From: Cyanobacteriota bacterium
GTDB lineage: Bacteria; Cyanobacteriota; Cyanobacteriia; PCC-6307; Cyanobiaceae
NCBI GenBank assembly: GCA_046052125.1
Contig: JBJOMY010000003.1
Location: forward strand, 290,563-354,562
Direction: 5' to 3'
DNA length: 64,000 bases
Positions within the stretch are counted from its first letter, which is position 1, and every line of letters starts with the position of its first letter. Positions 55,485 to 64,000 of the stretch are shown here, in pieces. Both the position numbers and the translations under genes were made by a program. The notes beneath the pieces were generated by a model. It was not told where the DNA came from, ran no database searches, and worked only from the letters and a program-made list of their open reading frames with translations.

Positions 55485-57337
55485 CAGCCCAGGGGCAGAC
55501 CTGCACTCCGATCCTGATTCGCCTGGGCAGCTGCCGCCACGAGTTCACTCAGAGCAACGCTGCCCAGGTCACCCTCACGGCGGCTGCGCAGGCTGATCTG
55601 CTCGCTTTCAGCTTCCTTGGCGCCGATGACCCCGAGCACGGGAATTTTCATCTGCTCGCCATTGCGGATCAGCTTGCCGAGGCGATCGCCGGAGTGATCG
55701 ATGCTGGCGCGTACGCCAGCGGCCTTCAGCTGGCTCAACACCTGCTCGGCGTAGGGACGCACGTCATCGGTGACGGGCAGCAGACGCACCTGCTCGGGAG
55801 CCAGCCAGAAGGGGAAATCGCCGGCGTAGTTCTCGGTCATGATCCCGAAGAACCGCTCCAGCGAGCCGAAAATGGCGCGGTGGATCATGATCGGCCGCTG
55901 CCTGGAGCCATCGGCGGCTACGTACTCCAGATCGAAGCGCTCGGGCAGGTTGAAATCGAGCTGGATGGTGGAGCACTGCCACATCCGCCCGATGGCGTCC
56001 TCGATCTTCAGATCGATCTTGGGGCCGTAGAAGGCGCCGCCGCCCTCATCGATTTTGTAGGCCCAGCCCTTGCGATCGAGGGCCTCGACCAGGCCCTTGG
56101 TGGCCAGGTCCCACACGGCGTCTTCGCCGATCGATTTCTCCGGCCGGGTGGAGAGGTTGATCTCGTAGTTGCGGAAATCGAAGGTGGAGAGGATCTGCTC
56201 GGTGAGATCGAGGATCGCCAGGATTTCATCGCTGATCTGCTCCGGCAGGCAGAACACGTGGGCGTCGTCTTGGGTGAAGCCGCGCACGCGCATCAGGCCG
56301 TGCATCACCCCGGGGCGCTCGTAGCGATACACGGTGCCGAGCTCGGCCCAGCGGATCGGCAGCTCCCGGTAGCTGCGCAGGGTGCTGGCGTAGGTGAGCA
56401 CGTGGAACGGGCAGTTCATCGGCTTGAGCTGGTATTCCCGCTCATCCACCTGCATGGGGCCGAACATGCTTTCGGCGTAGAAGTCGAGGTGGCCGGAGGT
56501 TTTCCAGAGGCTGATGTCGGCTACGTGCGGCGTGTAGAGCAGCTCGTAGCCCGCTTCGAAGTGCAATTCGCGCCAGAGGTTTTCGATCTGCAGGCGCATG
56601 CGGGCGCCGCGGGGGTGCCAGAACACCAGGCCGGCGCCGGCTTCATCCTCAATGGAGAAGAGATCCAGATCGGTGCCGATCCGGCGGTGATCGCGGCGTT
56701 TGGCTTCCTCCTGGCGCCGCTTGTATTCCGTGAGTTGTTCGGCGGTTTCCCAGGCGGTGCCATAGATGCGCTGCAGCTGGGCGTTGTTCTCATCGCCGCG
56801 CCAGTAGGCACCGGCCACGCTCTCCAGCTCGAAGGCCTTGGCGTTGAGCTCGCTCGTATTGGCCACGTGCGGGCCGGCGCAGAGGTCCCACCACTCCTCG
56901 CCGAGGGTGTAGAGCGTGATCGGCTCCTGGATGCCCGCCATGATCTCCATTTTGTACGGTTCGTTCTGGGCCTTAATCCGGCTTTCTGCCTCCGCGCGAC
57001 TCACCTCGATGCGCTCGAGCGGCAGCTTGCGGTTGATGACCTTGATCATCTCCTTCTTGATCGCCTTGAGATCGGCCTCGGTGAAGGGATCGGGGCTGTC
57101 GAAGTCGTAATAGAAGCCGGTCTCGGTCCAGGGCCCGATGGTCACCTGGGCCTTGGGGAAGAGCTTCTGCACCGCCATCGCCATCACGTGGCTCATCGAG
57201 TGGCGGATGCGCAGCAGCTGCTCGCTTTCGCTGGTTTTGGGGAGGTGCAGGGGAGCGGTGTCCGCCGCCGCGGTGGTGGCCGTGGTGGTTGCGACGCTGC
57301 CGGAGGGGTTCGAGGCGGCAGGGCGGGTCGCGGTCAC
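55484..57337 (-). CDS. thrS: Threonyl-tRNA synthetase (short form without the TGS domain)
   Basis: HSMSH, GFYYDF, DLCAGPH, KPMNCP, GAFYGPK and IHRAIFGSLERF motifs. Confidence 0.97.
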   Translation of the reverse strand: MTATRPAASNPSGSVATTTATTAAADTAPLHLPKTSESEQLLRIRHSMSHVMAMAVQKLFPKAQVTIGPWTETGFYYDFDSPDPFTEADLKAIKKEMIKVINRKLPLERIEVSRAEAESRIKAQNEPYKMEIMAGIQEPITLYTLGEEWWDLCAGPHVANTSELNAKAFELESVAGAYWRGDENNAQLQRIYGTAWETAEQLTEYKRRQEEAKRRDHRRIGTDLDLFSIEDEAGAGLVFWHPRGARMRLQIENLWRELHFEAGYELLYTPHVADISLWKTSGHLDFYAESMFGPMQVDEREYQLKPMNCPFHVLTYASTLRSYRELPIRWAELGTVYRYERPGVMHGLMRVRGFTQDDAHVFCLPEQISDEILAILDLTEQILSTFDFRNYEINLSTRPEKSIGEDAVWDLATKGLVEALDRKGWAYKIDEGGGAFYGPKIDLKIEDAIGRMWQCSTIQLDFNLPERFDLEYVAADGSRQRPIMIHRAIFGSLERFFGIMTENYAGDFPFWLAPEQVRLLPVTDDVRPYAEQVLSQLKAAGVRASIDHSGDRLGKLIRNGEQMKIPVLGVIGAKEAESEQISLRSRREGDLGSVALSELVAAAAQANQDRSAGLPLG

Positions 57338-57441
57338 GGCGGTGGGATAGCAACCCAGATCCTACGCAGGGGATTTGGGCGGATTCCTACGCTGAGAAAA
57401 GCCCGGATCCCCCCGCTCTGCCTCCGCAACCGCCATCACCT

Positions 57442-57795
57442 TTGCCCCCCGAATCCGATTCGGAGCCGGCGCAGTTGCTCGATCAGCTGCTGCAGTCGCT
57501 CTTCGATGACTTCTGCTTCTGGTTCGAGCGTGGCCTGGTGTTGCTGGAGCTCACCCCCGAGCACCTGCTGCCTGCCTCGGAGCAACTCGCTCTGCGGCGC
57601 AAGCTGGAGGAGGCCCTGCAGGCGATCGCTGCCACCAGGGCCCTGCGATCAGCCTGCACCACGCCCATGGCTGTGGATATGGATGCCATGGCGCCCTGGC
57701 ACCGCCTGATGATGCGGGTGTGGAATCTCTCCTCCATGCTGCGCATTGCAGGGGTGGCCTTGCCGCCGGAAATCCGCTCCGAGCCTCAGGCCTGA
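57442..57795 (+). CDS. DUF2605-like cyanobacterial protein
   Basis: LLQSLFDDFCFWFERG and MAPWHRL motifs; TTG start uncertain. Confidence 0.7.
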   Translation: MPPESDSEPAQLLDQLLQSLFDDFCFWFERGLVLLELTPEHLLPASEQLALRRKLEEALQAIAATRALRSACTTPMAVDMDAMAPWHRLMMRVWNLSSMLRIAGVALPPEIRSEPQA

Positions 57796-58412
57796 CTCGC
57801 CAGCCTCTCCAGATTGCTGCGGTAGAAGCTCTCCAGTTCCTGCGCCTTCTTCACCGGTTGGCCGTAGGCGCTATTGCCAGCGAGGTTGGGGAATGACGCC
57901 CATTCCTTGGCCAGCACGGCCATCGCCTCGCGGGTGAGGCCCTGGCGATCGATGTGCTCGAGCATGCCCCGGCGATCCACCAGATACAGAGCCGCTTGAT
58001 CCTGGTTGCGAGGCTCGAAGCTCTCCAGCTGCAGCCTCGTGGAGGCTTCCCTCCAGGTGCCCGGTAAAAACTGATAGGCCCCAGCCGCTGCGCTGGTGTA
58101 GCGCTTCACCACCACCAGTTCCGGATGGCGGGCCAGGCTTCCGAAGCGCCCGCCGCCGTAGAGGGTGCGATAGCCGTCTTCCCCTTGCTTCCAGGTGCCT
58201 TCGGCAAAGCGGATCGTGTTGAGCAACGCCCGCCGCTCAGGAGTGATGACGTAAGCGCCTGCGCTCCGATTCACTCCAGCCTGCTGGTGTCCGAGTGAAG
58301 GATTCACCAGTGGGCCCACCGCCAGAAGCAGAAGGCCCAGCACCGTGGCGGCATTCGAAGTTGCAGCCGGGCGGGTATCGGAAGGGAGCTGGCGGCGCAA
58401 ACGCAAGGGCAA
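57786..58412 (-). CDS. GH104 (lambda-lysozyme-like) lytic transglycosylase with an N-terminal hydrophobic segment
   Basis: LNTIRFAEGT, SAAAGAYQF, FEPRNQD, EWASFP and YGQP motifs. Confidence 0.9.
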   Translation of the reverse strand: MPLRLRRQLPSDTRPAATSNAATVLGLLLLAVGPLVNPSLGHQQAGVNRSAGAYVITPERRALLNTIRFAEGTWKQGEDGYRTLYGGGRFGSLARHPELVVVKRYTSAAAGAYQFLPGTWREASTRLQLESFEPRNQDQAALYLVDRRGMLEHIDRQGLTREAMAVLAKEWASFPNLAGNSAYGQPVKKAQELESFYRSNLERLASQA

Positions 58413-58596
58413 GGCTCAAGGTCTGCTGAGCCTGATGGGCGGTGGCGGCCCGCTACGAGCAGGCCACAACCGCCCTGGACAAATGAGACCCAAATGTGCT
58501 CTTGAGGTGCCGAAGCTGCTGAGACCCGACTGCGACAGCTGCGAGGGCCCAGAGCCGATTTGTCGGCTGGCCGATTACTGATCAGTCACCATTATC
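58412..58596 (-). promoter_or_regulatory. Putative promoter and structured 5' leader of the GH104 gene
   Basis: GATAAT -10-like at 58596-58591; hairpins at 58553-58568, 58437-58475 and 58412-58433. Confidence 0.45.
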
Positions 58597-58634
58597 TTTT
58601 CTTCGGGATTGATCACCGGCCTGGGGTGCCCGCC

Positions 58635-59663
58635 TCAGTGCCTGGGTAGAAACCCCAGGGCCTCTCTGGTGCGCTCCAGGGTTGCTTCAGCAACGGCGTT
58701 CGCGCGTTCGCGGCCCTGTTGCAGCACGCGATCCAGCTCCGCCGGGTCGGCGTTCAGGCTTGCGTAGCGCTCCTGGATCGGGCGCAGCGCTTCCACCAGC
58801 GTGTCCGCCAGTAGGGGTTTGAAGGTGCCCCAGCCCATCGCTGCACATTCGATGGCTGCAGCGTCGCGACCCTTGCCGCTCAGCAGGGCGTAGAGGCCCA
58901 GCAGGTTGTCGGTTTCCGGGCGTTCGGGGTTGTCGAACTCCAGGCCCATCACCGGATCGGTTTTGGCCCGCTTCACCTTTTTGGTGATCAGCTCCGGAGG
59001 ATCGAGCAGGTTGATGCGGGATCCTTCGTTGGGATCGCTCTTGCTCATCTTGCTGCGACCGTCGGTGAGGCTCATCACCCGGGCGCCCTCCTTCAAGATC
59101 AGGGGCTCAGGCACCTTCAGCACCGGGATCGGCTCGCCCTCGGCGTCTTTGGGGGCGAAGCGGGCGTTGATCCGCTGCTGTGCGATGTCGCGCGCCAGCT
59201 CGAGGTGTTGCTTCTGGTCCTCTCCCACGGGCACCAGATCGGCGTCATAGAGAAGGATGTCGGCGGCCATCAGCACCGGGTAATCCAGCAGACCCACCGA
59301 CACCTGGTCGCCTTGTTTGATCGCTTTTTCCTTGAACTGGATCATCCGCTCCAGCCAGTTGAGCGGCGTGATGCAGTTCAGCAGCCAGCAGAGCTCGCTG
59401 TGGGCTGGCACATGGCTCTGCACGAACACCGTGGCCTTGGCGGGATCAATGCCACAAGCCAGATAAAGAGCGGCTGTACTGCGGGTATCGGCCGCCAGCT
59501 TCGCCGGGTCGTGGGGAACGGTGATGGCATGGAGATCCACCACACAGAAAAAAGTGTCGTGGCTGTCCTGCAGGTCGACCCAGTTGCGGATCGCTCCCAG
59601 CCAGTTGCCCAAATGCAGCGAGCCCGTGGGCTGAACCCCTGAGAGAACCCGAGCACGTGGCAT
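58635..59663 (-). CDS. trpS: Tryptophanyl-tRNA synthetase
   Basis: SGVQPTGSLHLGN, YPVLMAADIL, VGEDQKQH and KMSKS motifs. Confidence 0.98.
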   Translation of the reverse strand: MPRARVLSGVQPTGSLHLGNWLGAIRNWVDLQDSHDTFFCVVDLHAITVPHDPAKLAADTRSTAALYLACGIDPAKATVFVQSHVPAHSELCWLLNCITPLNWLERMIQFKEKAIKQGDQVSVGLLDYPVLMAADILLYDADLVPVGEDQKQHLELARDIAQQRINARFAPKDAEGEPIPVLKVPEPLILKEGARVMSLTDGRSKMSKSDPNEGSRINLLDPPELITKKVKRAKTDPVMGLEFDNPERPETDNLLGLYALLSGKGRDAAAIECAAMGWGTFKPLLADTLVEALRPIQERYASLNADPAELDRVLQQGRERANAVAEATLERTREALGFLPRH

Positions 59664-59731
59664 GTGTGATCGCTGGAGAGTTGCCGGATTCTGCCTGCAG
59701 GGCGATCGGGCAACTCTCCAGCAGCGAGGCC

Positions 59732-60199
59732 TCAGGCCTCGCTGGTTTCGGCGGCGTCGGCGCTGGTCTCGTCGATCACCGGAGCGGCGTCCTCAGCAAC
59801 CTCAGCTGCCACCGGCTCCTCCGCCACGGGGGCAGGTGCTGCCGCGGGACGCGCGGGACGAGCAAAGGGGTTGGGACGGTTGGAGGGGCGCTCACCGCGC
59901 TCGGGCCGGGGACCACGGCGCTCACCGCCGGGACGGCCACCACCACTGGCGCGGTGCTGGGCCACCGCTTCATCGAGCTTGCCCTCTTCGAGCAGCAGGG
60001 CGACGGTGCGGATCGACAGACCCAGGGCCGCCACGGTGGAACGCAGGCCAAAGGCCTCTTGCACCGCCCGGGCAGCGCGCATCTCGTTGTCGCTCAGACG
60101 GATGCGGAAGCCACCGGCTTCGCGGTTGCCGCCCTCGCGGGGACCGCGCTGACCGCGTGAGCGCTCGTTGGAGTTGGGTTGAAAATCGCCGTCGGCCAT
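59732..60199 (-). CDS. Conserved hypothetical protein, possibly ribbon-helix-helix
   Basis: GFRIRLSDNEMRAARAVQEAFGLRSTVA core with disordered Arg/Gly and acidic tails. Confidence 0.7.
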   Translation of the reverse strand: MADGDFQPNSNERSRGQRGPREGGNREAGGFRIRLSDNEMRAARAVQEAFGLRSTVAALGLSIRTVALLLEEGKLDEAVAQHRASGGGRPGGERRGPRPERGERPSNRPNPFARPARPAAAPAPVAEEPVAAEVAEDAAPVIDETSADAAETSEA

Positions 60200-60217
60200 G
60201 GCCGCACACCTACATCG

Positions 60218-60730
60218 TCAGGCGCAAGTGTGCCCTACGGGTGAAGAGGAGGGCCAGCACCAGTGCAGGCGGTGCTGCTCGGCACTGCCGCTGCGGGCCA
60301 GCACCAGTAGCGGGATCGGAGAGGGGCCTTCGCCCAGCAGCAGATGGCGATAGCGCTCCAGCAGATGCAGGTAGGCGCTGAAGGTCCAGCCATGGTTGCC
60401 ACGCTCCTGCGCGTTCCAGAAGCGGCGCAGTGCCTCACTGCAGCTCTCGCGCCCAAACTCCTGCCAGCAGAGCTCCTGGGCCTCCAGGTGCTGGAGGCCC
60501 TGCTGCCGCAACTCCCGAAAACGCACCAGTTCTGGAGCCTCAGCGCTGCTGTCAGGGGGCAGAACCTGGGCAAGCTCGGCCACCGGCACCGGTTGCAGTT
60601 GCAGCCAGCAGCGATCCAGCAGCAGCACCGGCAGATCGTTGTGCCAACGGGTTTGCAGCTGCTGTTGCTCCAGCAGCGTGTCCGCCTGGCGCTGCAACCG
60701 CGGCGTGAGCGTGGCCAACAACTCAGCCAT
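60218..60730 (-). CDS. Hypothetical protein
   Basis: APELVRFR and ALRRFW..Q..GNHGWT segments; ATG at 60730 overlaps the CDF gene end. Confidence 0.65.
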   Translation of the reverse strand: MAELLATLTPRLQRQADTLLEQQQLQTRWHNDLPVLLLDRCWLQLQPVPVAELAQVLPPDSSAEAPELVRFRELRQQGLQHLEAQELCWQEFGRESCSEALRRFWNAQERGNHGWTFSAYLHLLERYRHLLLGEGPSPIPLLVLARSGSAEQHRLHWCWPSSSPVGHTCA

Positions 60731-61628
60731 GGGCTCCACGGAAGGTGATGTCGGCGATGGCGTATTCGCGGGGCTCCAGATGAATGGTGCAGCGCACGGC
60801 GCCGAAACGGGCTTCGAGATGCTCTTCCACCAGCTCCGTGATGCGGTGCGCCGTGGGTAGATCGTTGGCATCCACCACCATGTGCAGCTCGATGAACACC
60901 TGCTGTCCGAGTACGCCGCGGCTGGCGATGTCGTGCACGTTGACCACCCCTGGCACCGCCATCGCCACCTCATGGATCGCTTCCGGTGCGATCGCGATCT
61001 GATCCACAAGCCACGGCAGGTTGCTGGTGAGCACCTGCCAGCAGGCCCGCAGCAACATCAGACAGAGCGGCACCGCCATGGCCACATCCAGCCAGTTGAT
61101 GCGGAACAGCAGCACGCCGGCCAGGCCCAGCAGCACCATCACCGTGGTCCAGATGTCGCTGGTGGTGTGTTTGGCATCGGCGAGCAGGAGCTGGCTGCCC
61201 AGTCGTTTGCCCTGGCTGCGCTCGAACCCGGCCAGCAGCAAGTTGAACCCGAGCACGATCAGCAGCAGCACCAGCTCCCGGCCATCGAGGCGAAGAGCAG
61301 GCAGTCCGGAGGCAATCCGTTCGATCGCGCTTTTGAGGATCTCGAACGCGGTGAACAGGATGAACCCGGCGATCGCCAGGGCTCCGAGTCCCTCGTATTT
61401 GTCGTGGCCGTAGGGGTGGTCGCGATCCGGGCGGGGATCGGAGAGGCCATTGGTGAACAGTCCCAGCAGGCTGCTCAGTCCGTCGGTGGCGCTGTGCATC
61501 GCATCGGCAAGCACCGCCAACGAACCGCTGAGCAGGCCGATCACCAGCTTCAGCACGCTCATCGACACATTCACGGCCAGGGCGATCAGCAACACCCGCT
61601 GCACCGATTGACGGGTGTCCTGGCGCAT
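60723..61628 (-). CDS. Cation diffusion facilitator (FieF-like) metal transporter
   Basis: SLAVLADAMHSATD, DHPYGH.KYE, ADAKH..SD and TIHLEP motifs; start may be up to 61703. Confidence 0.92.
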   Translation of the reverse strand: MRQDTRQSVQRVLLIALAVNVSMSVLKLVIGLLSGSLAVLADAMHSATDGLSSLLGLFTNGLSDPRPDRDHPYGHDKYEGLGALAIAGFILFTAFEILKSAIERIASGLPALRLDGRELVLLLIVLGFNLLLAGFERSQGKRLGSQLLLADAKHTTSDIWTTVMVLLGLAGVLLFRINWLDVAMAVPLCLMLLRACWQVLTSNLPWLVDQIAIAPEAIHEVAMAVPGVVNVHDIASRGVLGQQVFIELHMVVDANDLPTAHRITELVEEHLEARFGAVRCTIHLEPREYAIADITFRGAHG

Positions 61629-61774
61629 CTGCGGCGATGCCCCCTCCGCCCGCCGGCTGCTGGCGACTCCCATGGCCATGGAGGGTTGCAACAGTGAGCC
61701 CAAACTATTGGGTCTGGGCAGCGCACACCAGCTGAGCTAAAGAGATTCGACGCATCCGCTGGACCCAGCAACCG

Positions 61775-63181
61775 TTGATTCCGTCGCAGGCCAACCCCGA
61801 GGCAGCGCCAGCTCCCGCAGCCGGTGAAGTGTCACCGGTTCTTCGCGCCCTGGTGGTGCCGATGATCCGCCGCTTCTGGCCCCTTGCGGCGTGGGTTGGC
61901 GGAGGCTTGATGGTGGTGGAAACACTGCACGGTCCGTTGTCGTCGGTGCTGAGCCTGGGTGCGGCGGCGACAGGCCTGTGGCTGCTGAGCGGCCGGCTGC
62001 GCCCCAGCGGCCAGGCTCTGCCCTCGAGCGTCGAGGGCTGGCTTGAGCGCTGCCAGAGCGTGCTCGAGAGCTTTGAGCGGCTTCAGCCCGATGGTGATCG
62101 CTCTCTTCATCAACAGAGGCGCCGGCAGCTCGATGCTTTGCGTGAGCGGCAGTCCGAGACCCATCTGAGCGTGGCGCTGGTGGGCAGCTGCGGCTGGAGT
62201 GATGGCTTGCAGAGCGCTGTGCTGGAGCACTGCCCTGCGCCCGAATCGTTGCGCGTGGTGCGCAGCCATCCGCTGCCCCCCAGCAGCGATCAATGGCAGT
62301 GGCCCGATGCGTTTCGCCAGTGCGATCTGATCGTGTATCGCCTGGATTTGCCCCTCAAGGCTGCTGATTTGCGTTGGCTTGAGGCGTTGCCGCCGGGTCA
62401 GCGCTGCGAGCTGCTGGTTGACCACGAAGGAGATGCGTGGCCATCCATCGGCCGCCAGCTTCAGCAGCAGTTGCCTGAGGCGCTCCGGGAGAGCTGCCAC
62501 CCCTGGTCGCCCGAGCGCCCTGACCAGCTGAGTGTTCAGTTGCAGCCTCTGGCCCAAGCCTTTGCGGCGCTTGGCCCCGAGCGTCGTCGAGCCACGCAGC
62601 AGCGCTGCTTGCAGGAGCTGCATGCCAGCTGGCAGGTGGAGCTGGAGGGGCTGCGCCGGCTGCGTTGGCAACAGCTGCTGCAGCGCACCCAGTGGACCGT
62701 GGCTGCTGGCGTGGTGGTGGCGCCGTTGCCGAGCCTCGATCTGCTGGTGCTGGCCGCCGCCAACGGGCTGATGCTGCAGGAGATGGCGCGTCTGTGGGAC
62801 TGCCCCTGGTCGCTCGAGCAGTTGCAGGCTGCATCGCTGCATCTGGCGAAGGCCTGCCTGAGCCTTGGCGTCGTGGAGTGGAGCAGCCAGGCCCTGGCCG
62901 CTGTGGTGAAGCTCCATGGCGCCACTTGGCTGGTGGGTGGTGCCATGCAGGCTTTAAGCGCCGCTTATCTCACGCGCGTGGTGGGGCGTGCCATGGCTGA
63001 CTACATGGCGCTGGCCGCAGGCGTGCCGGAAGCGGAGCTGGAGCGGCTGTTGCAGCAGCAGGCGCCGCTGCTGGTGGCAAGGGCAGCTGAGGCGGAGAAG
63101 CTCCACTGGGGCGCGTTTCTGCAGCAGGGGCAACAGTGGTTGCTGCAGTGCCGCGATCAACCGCTTTTGAAAACTTCATGA
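61775..63181 (+). CDS. YcjF/DUF697-like membrane protein with a degenerate GTPase-like middle region
   Basis: N-terminal TM pair; APLPSLDLL and QALSAAYLTRVVG DUF697-like motifs. Confidence 0.75.
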   Translation: MIPSQANPEAAPAPAAGEVSPVLRALVVPMIRRFWPLAAWVGGGLMVVETLHGPLSSVLSLGAAATGLWLLSGRLRPSGQALPSSVEGWLERCQSVLESFERLQPDGDRSLHQQRRRQLDALRERQSETHLSVALVGSCGWSDGLQSAVLEHCPAPESLRVVRSHPLPPSSDQWQWPDAFRQCDLIVYRLDLPLKAADLRWLEALPPGQRCELLVDHEGDAWPSIGRQLQQQLPEALRESCHPWSPERPDQLSVQLQPLAQAFAALGPERRRATQQRCLQELHASWQVELEGLRRLRWQQLLQRTQWTVAAGVVVAPLPSLDLLVLAAANGLMLQEMARLWDCPWSLEQLQAASLHLAKACLSLGVVEWSSQALAAVVKLHGATWLVGGAMQALSAAYLTRVVGRAMADYMALAAGVPEAELERLLQQQAPLLVARAAEAEKLHWGAFLQQGQQWLLQCRDQPLLKTS

Positions 63182-63208
63182 ATCATTCATGAAGTGCTTC
63201 ATGAAGTT
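63172..63208. promoter_or_regulatory. Palindromic array (3 x TTCATGAA inside an 11-bp inverted repeat) upstream of psbA
   Basis: TTCATGAA at 63175, 63186 and 63198; AACTTCATGAA...TTCATGAAGTT. Confidence 0.5.
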
Positions 63209-63326
63209 CGCATGCATTCAGCAAACTTAATTTTTGCTTTCGGGAATCTTTAGTGGCCCTCCATAGCGTGGCTGTGCCACGTCTGTGGCATCTGTTCTCA
63301 TTCGGCTCCCCGGAGTCTTTTGATTC

Positions 63327-64000
63327 ATGACCACTGCTCTTCGCAGCGGCCGCTCCAGCGCCTGGTCACAATTTTGTGAGTGGGTCACCAGCACCGATAA
63401 CCGCATCTATGTGGGTTGGTTCGGTGTGCTGATGATCCCGACCCTGCTGTCGGCCACCATCTGCTTCATCGTTGCCTTCATCGCGGCTCCCCCCGTCGAC
63501 ATCGACGGCATCCGTGAGCCCGTTGCCGGGTCCTTCCTCTACGGCAACAACATCATTTCCGGCGCTGTGATCCCCAGCAGCAACGCCATCGGTCTGCACT
63601 TTTATCCCATCTGGGAAGCGGCTTCTCTGGATGAGTGGCTGTACAACGGCGGTCCGTATCAGCTGGTGGTGTTCCACTTCCTGATCGGCATTTCCTGCTA
63701 CATGGGCCGCCAGTGGGAGCTCTCCTACCGCCTGGGCATGCGCCCCTGGATCTGCGTGGCTTACAGCGCTCCGCTGTCGGCAGCTATGGCTGTGTTCCTG
63801 GTGTATCCCTTCGGTCAGGGCTCCTTCTCGGATGGCATGCCGCTTGGCATCAGCGGCACCTTCAACTTCATGTTGGTGTTCCAGGCTGAGCACAACATCC
63901 TGATGCACCCCTTCCACATGCTTGGTGTGGCTGGTGTGTTCGGTGGCTCCCTGTTCTCCGCCATGCACGGTTCGCTGGTGACCTCCTCCCTGGTGCGTGA
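63327..64000 (+). CDS. psbA: Photosystem II D1 protein (3'-truncated by the window edge), Gln130 form
   Basis: MTTALRSG...[45 protein letters not shown]; absent from the ORF track because no stop falls in the window. Confidence 0.98.
   Translation, partial: MTTALRSGRSSAWSQFCEWVTSTDNRIYVGWFGVLMIPTLLSATICFIVAFIAAPPVDIDGIREPVAGSFLYGNNIISGAVIPSSNAIGLHFYPIWEAASLDEWLYNGGPYQLVVFHFLIGISCYMGRQWELSYRLGMRPWICVAYSAPLSAAMAVFLVYPFGQGSFSDGMPLGISGTFNFMLVFQAEHNILMHPFHMLGVAGVFGGSLFSAMHGSLVTSSLVR

Noticed and set aside
57338..57441. Hairpin (57354-57379) upstream of thrS as a T-box or attenuator
   Set aside because: Region too short and lacks T-box consensus elements; it is a divergent promoter gap
55694..57709. 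671-aa ORF antisense to thrS (and similar ORFs opposite clpB, hemE and psbA)
   Set aside because: Antisense stop-codon scarcity in biased coding sequence; no independent evidence
58412..58634. c-di-AMP (ydaO) riboswitch upstream of the lysozyme gene
   Set aside because: The conserved ydaO sequence blocks are not visible; kept only as an unknown structured-leader candidate
57786..64000. Prophage or cyanophage origin for the lysozyme and psbA
   Set aside because: Both are flanked by housekeeping genes with host-like composition; no integrase, structural or replication genes

Overview
A GC-rich, gene-dense, mostly core-genome segment from a picocyanobacterium (Synechococcus/Cyanobium-like, judged from psb27, petJ, ndhD, psbA and the gene order). 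Core genes in order: proS (3' end), psb27, purA, PfkB kinase, cutA, cobK, ssb, argB, priA, rpoD, hemC, ClC channel, ppa, M32 carboxypeptidase, phhB, clpB, petJ, hemE, glgB, tamB, ROK kinase, proA, folB, prlC, ndhD, thrB, glk, thrS, GH104 lysozyme, trpS, CDF transporter, ycjF-like, and the 5' part of psbA (absent from the ORF track). I saw no tRNA, rRNA, CRISPR array, integrase or transposase. Three blocks look accessory. (1) 11.8-15.3 kb: a GT2-GtrA / ArnT / PAP2 operon, a candidate lipid A dephosphorylation plus sugar (possibly galacturonate) transfer pathway. (2) 26.2-29.2 kb: an islet of exported Cys-paired proteins built around two tandem paralogues with Gly-rich and Asn/Trp-rich low-complexity regions, one membrane-anchored and one free. 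This is the best candidate for an undescribed system (possible surface fibre or amyloid-like assembly). (3) 45.8-49.5 kb: an uncharacterised membrane protein/hydrolase module. Candidate non-coding elements are a structured leader on the GH104 lysozyme gene, a possible clpB RNA thermometer, and a triple TTCATGAA palindrome upstream of psbA. All family calls come from motif recognition by eye; no database searches were run.
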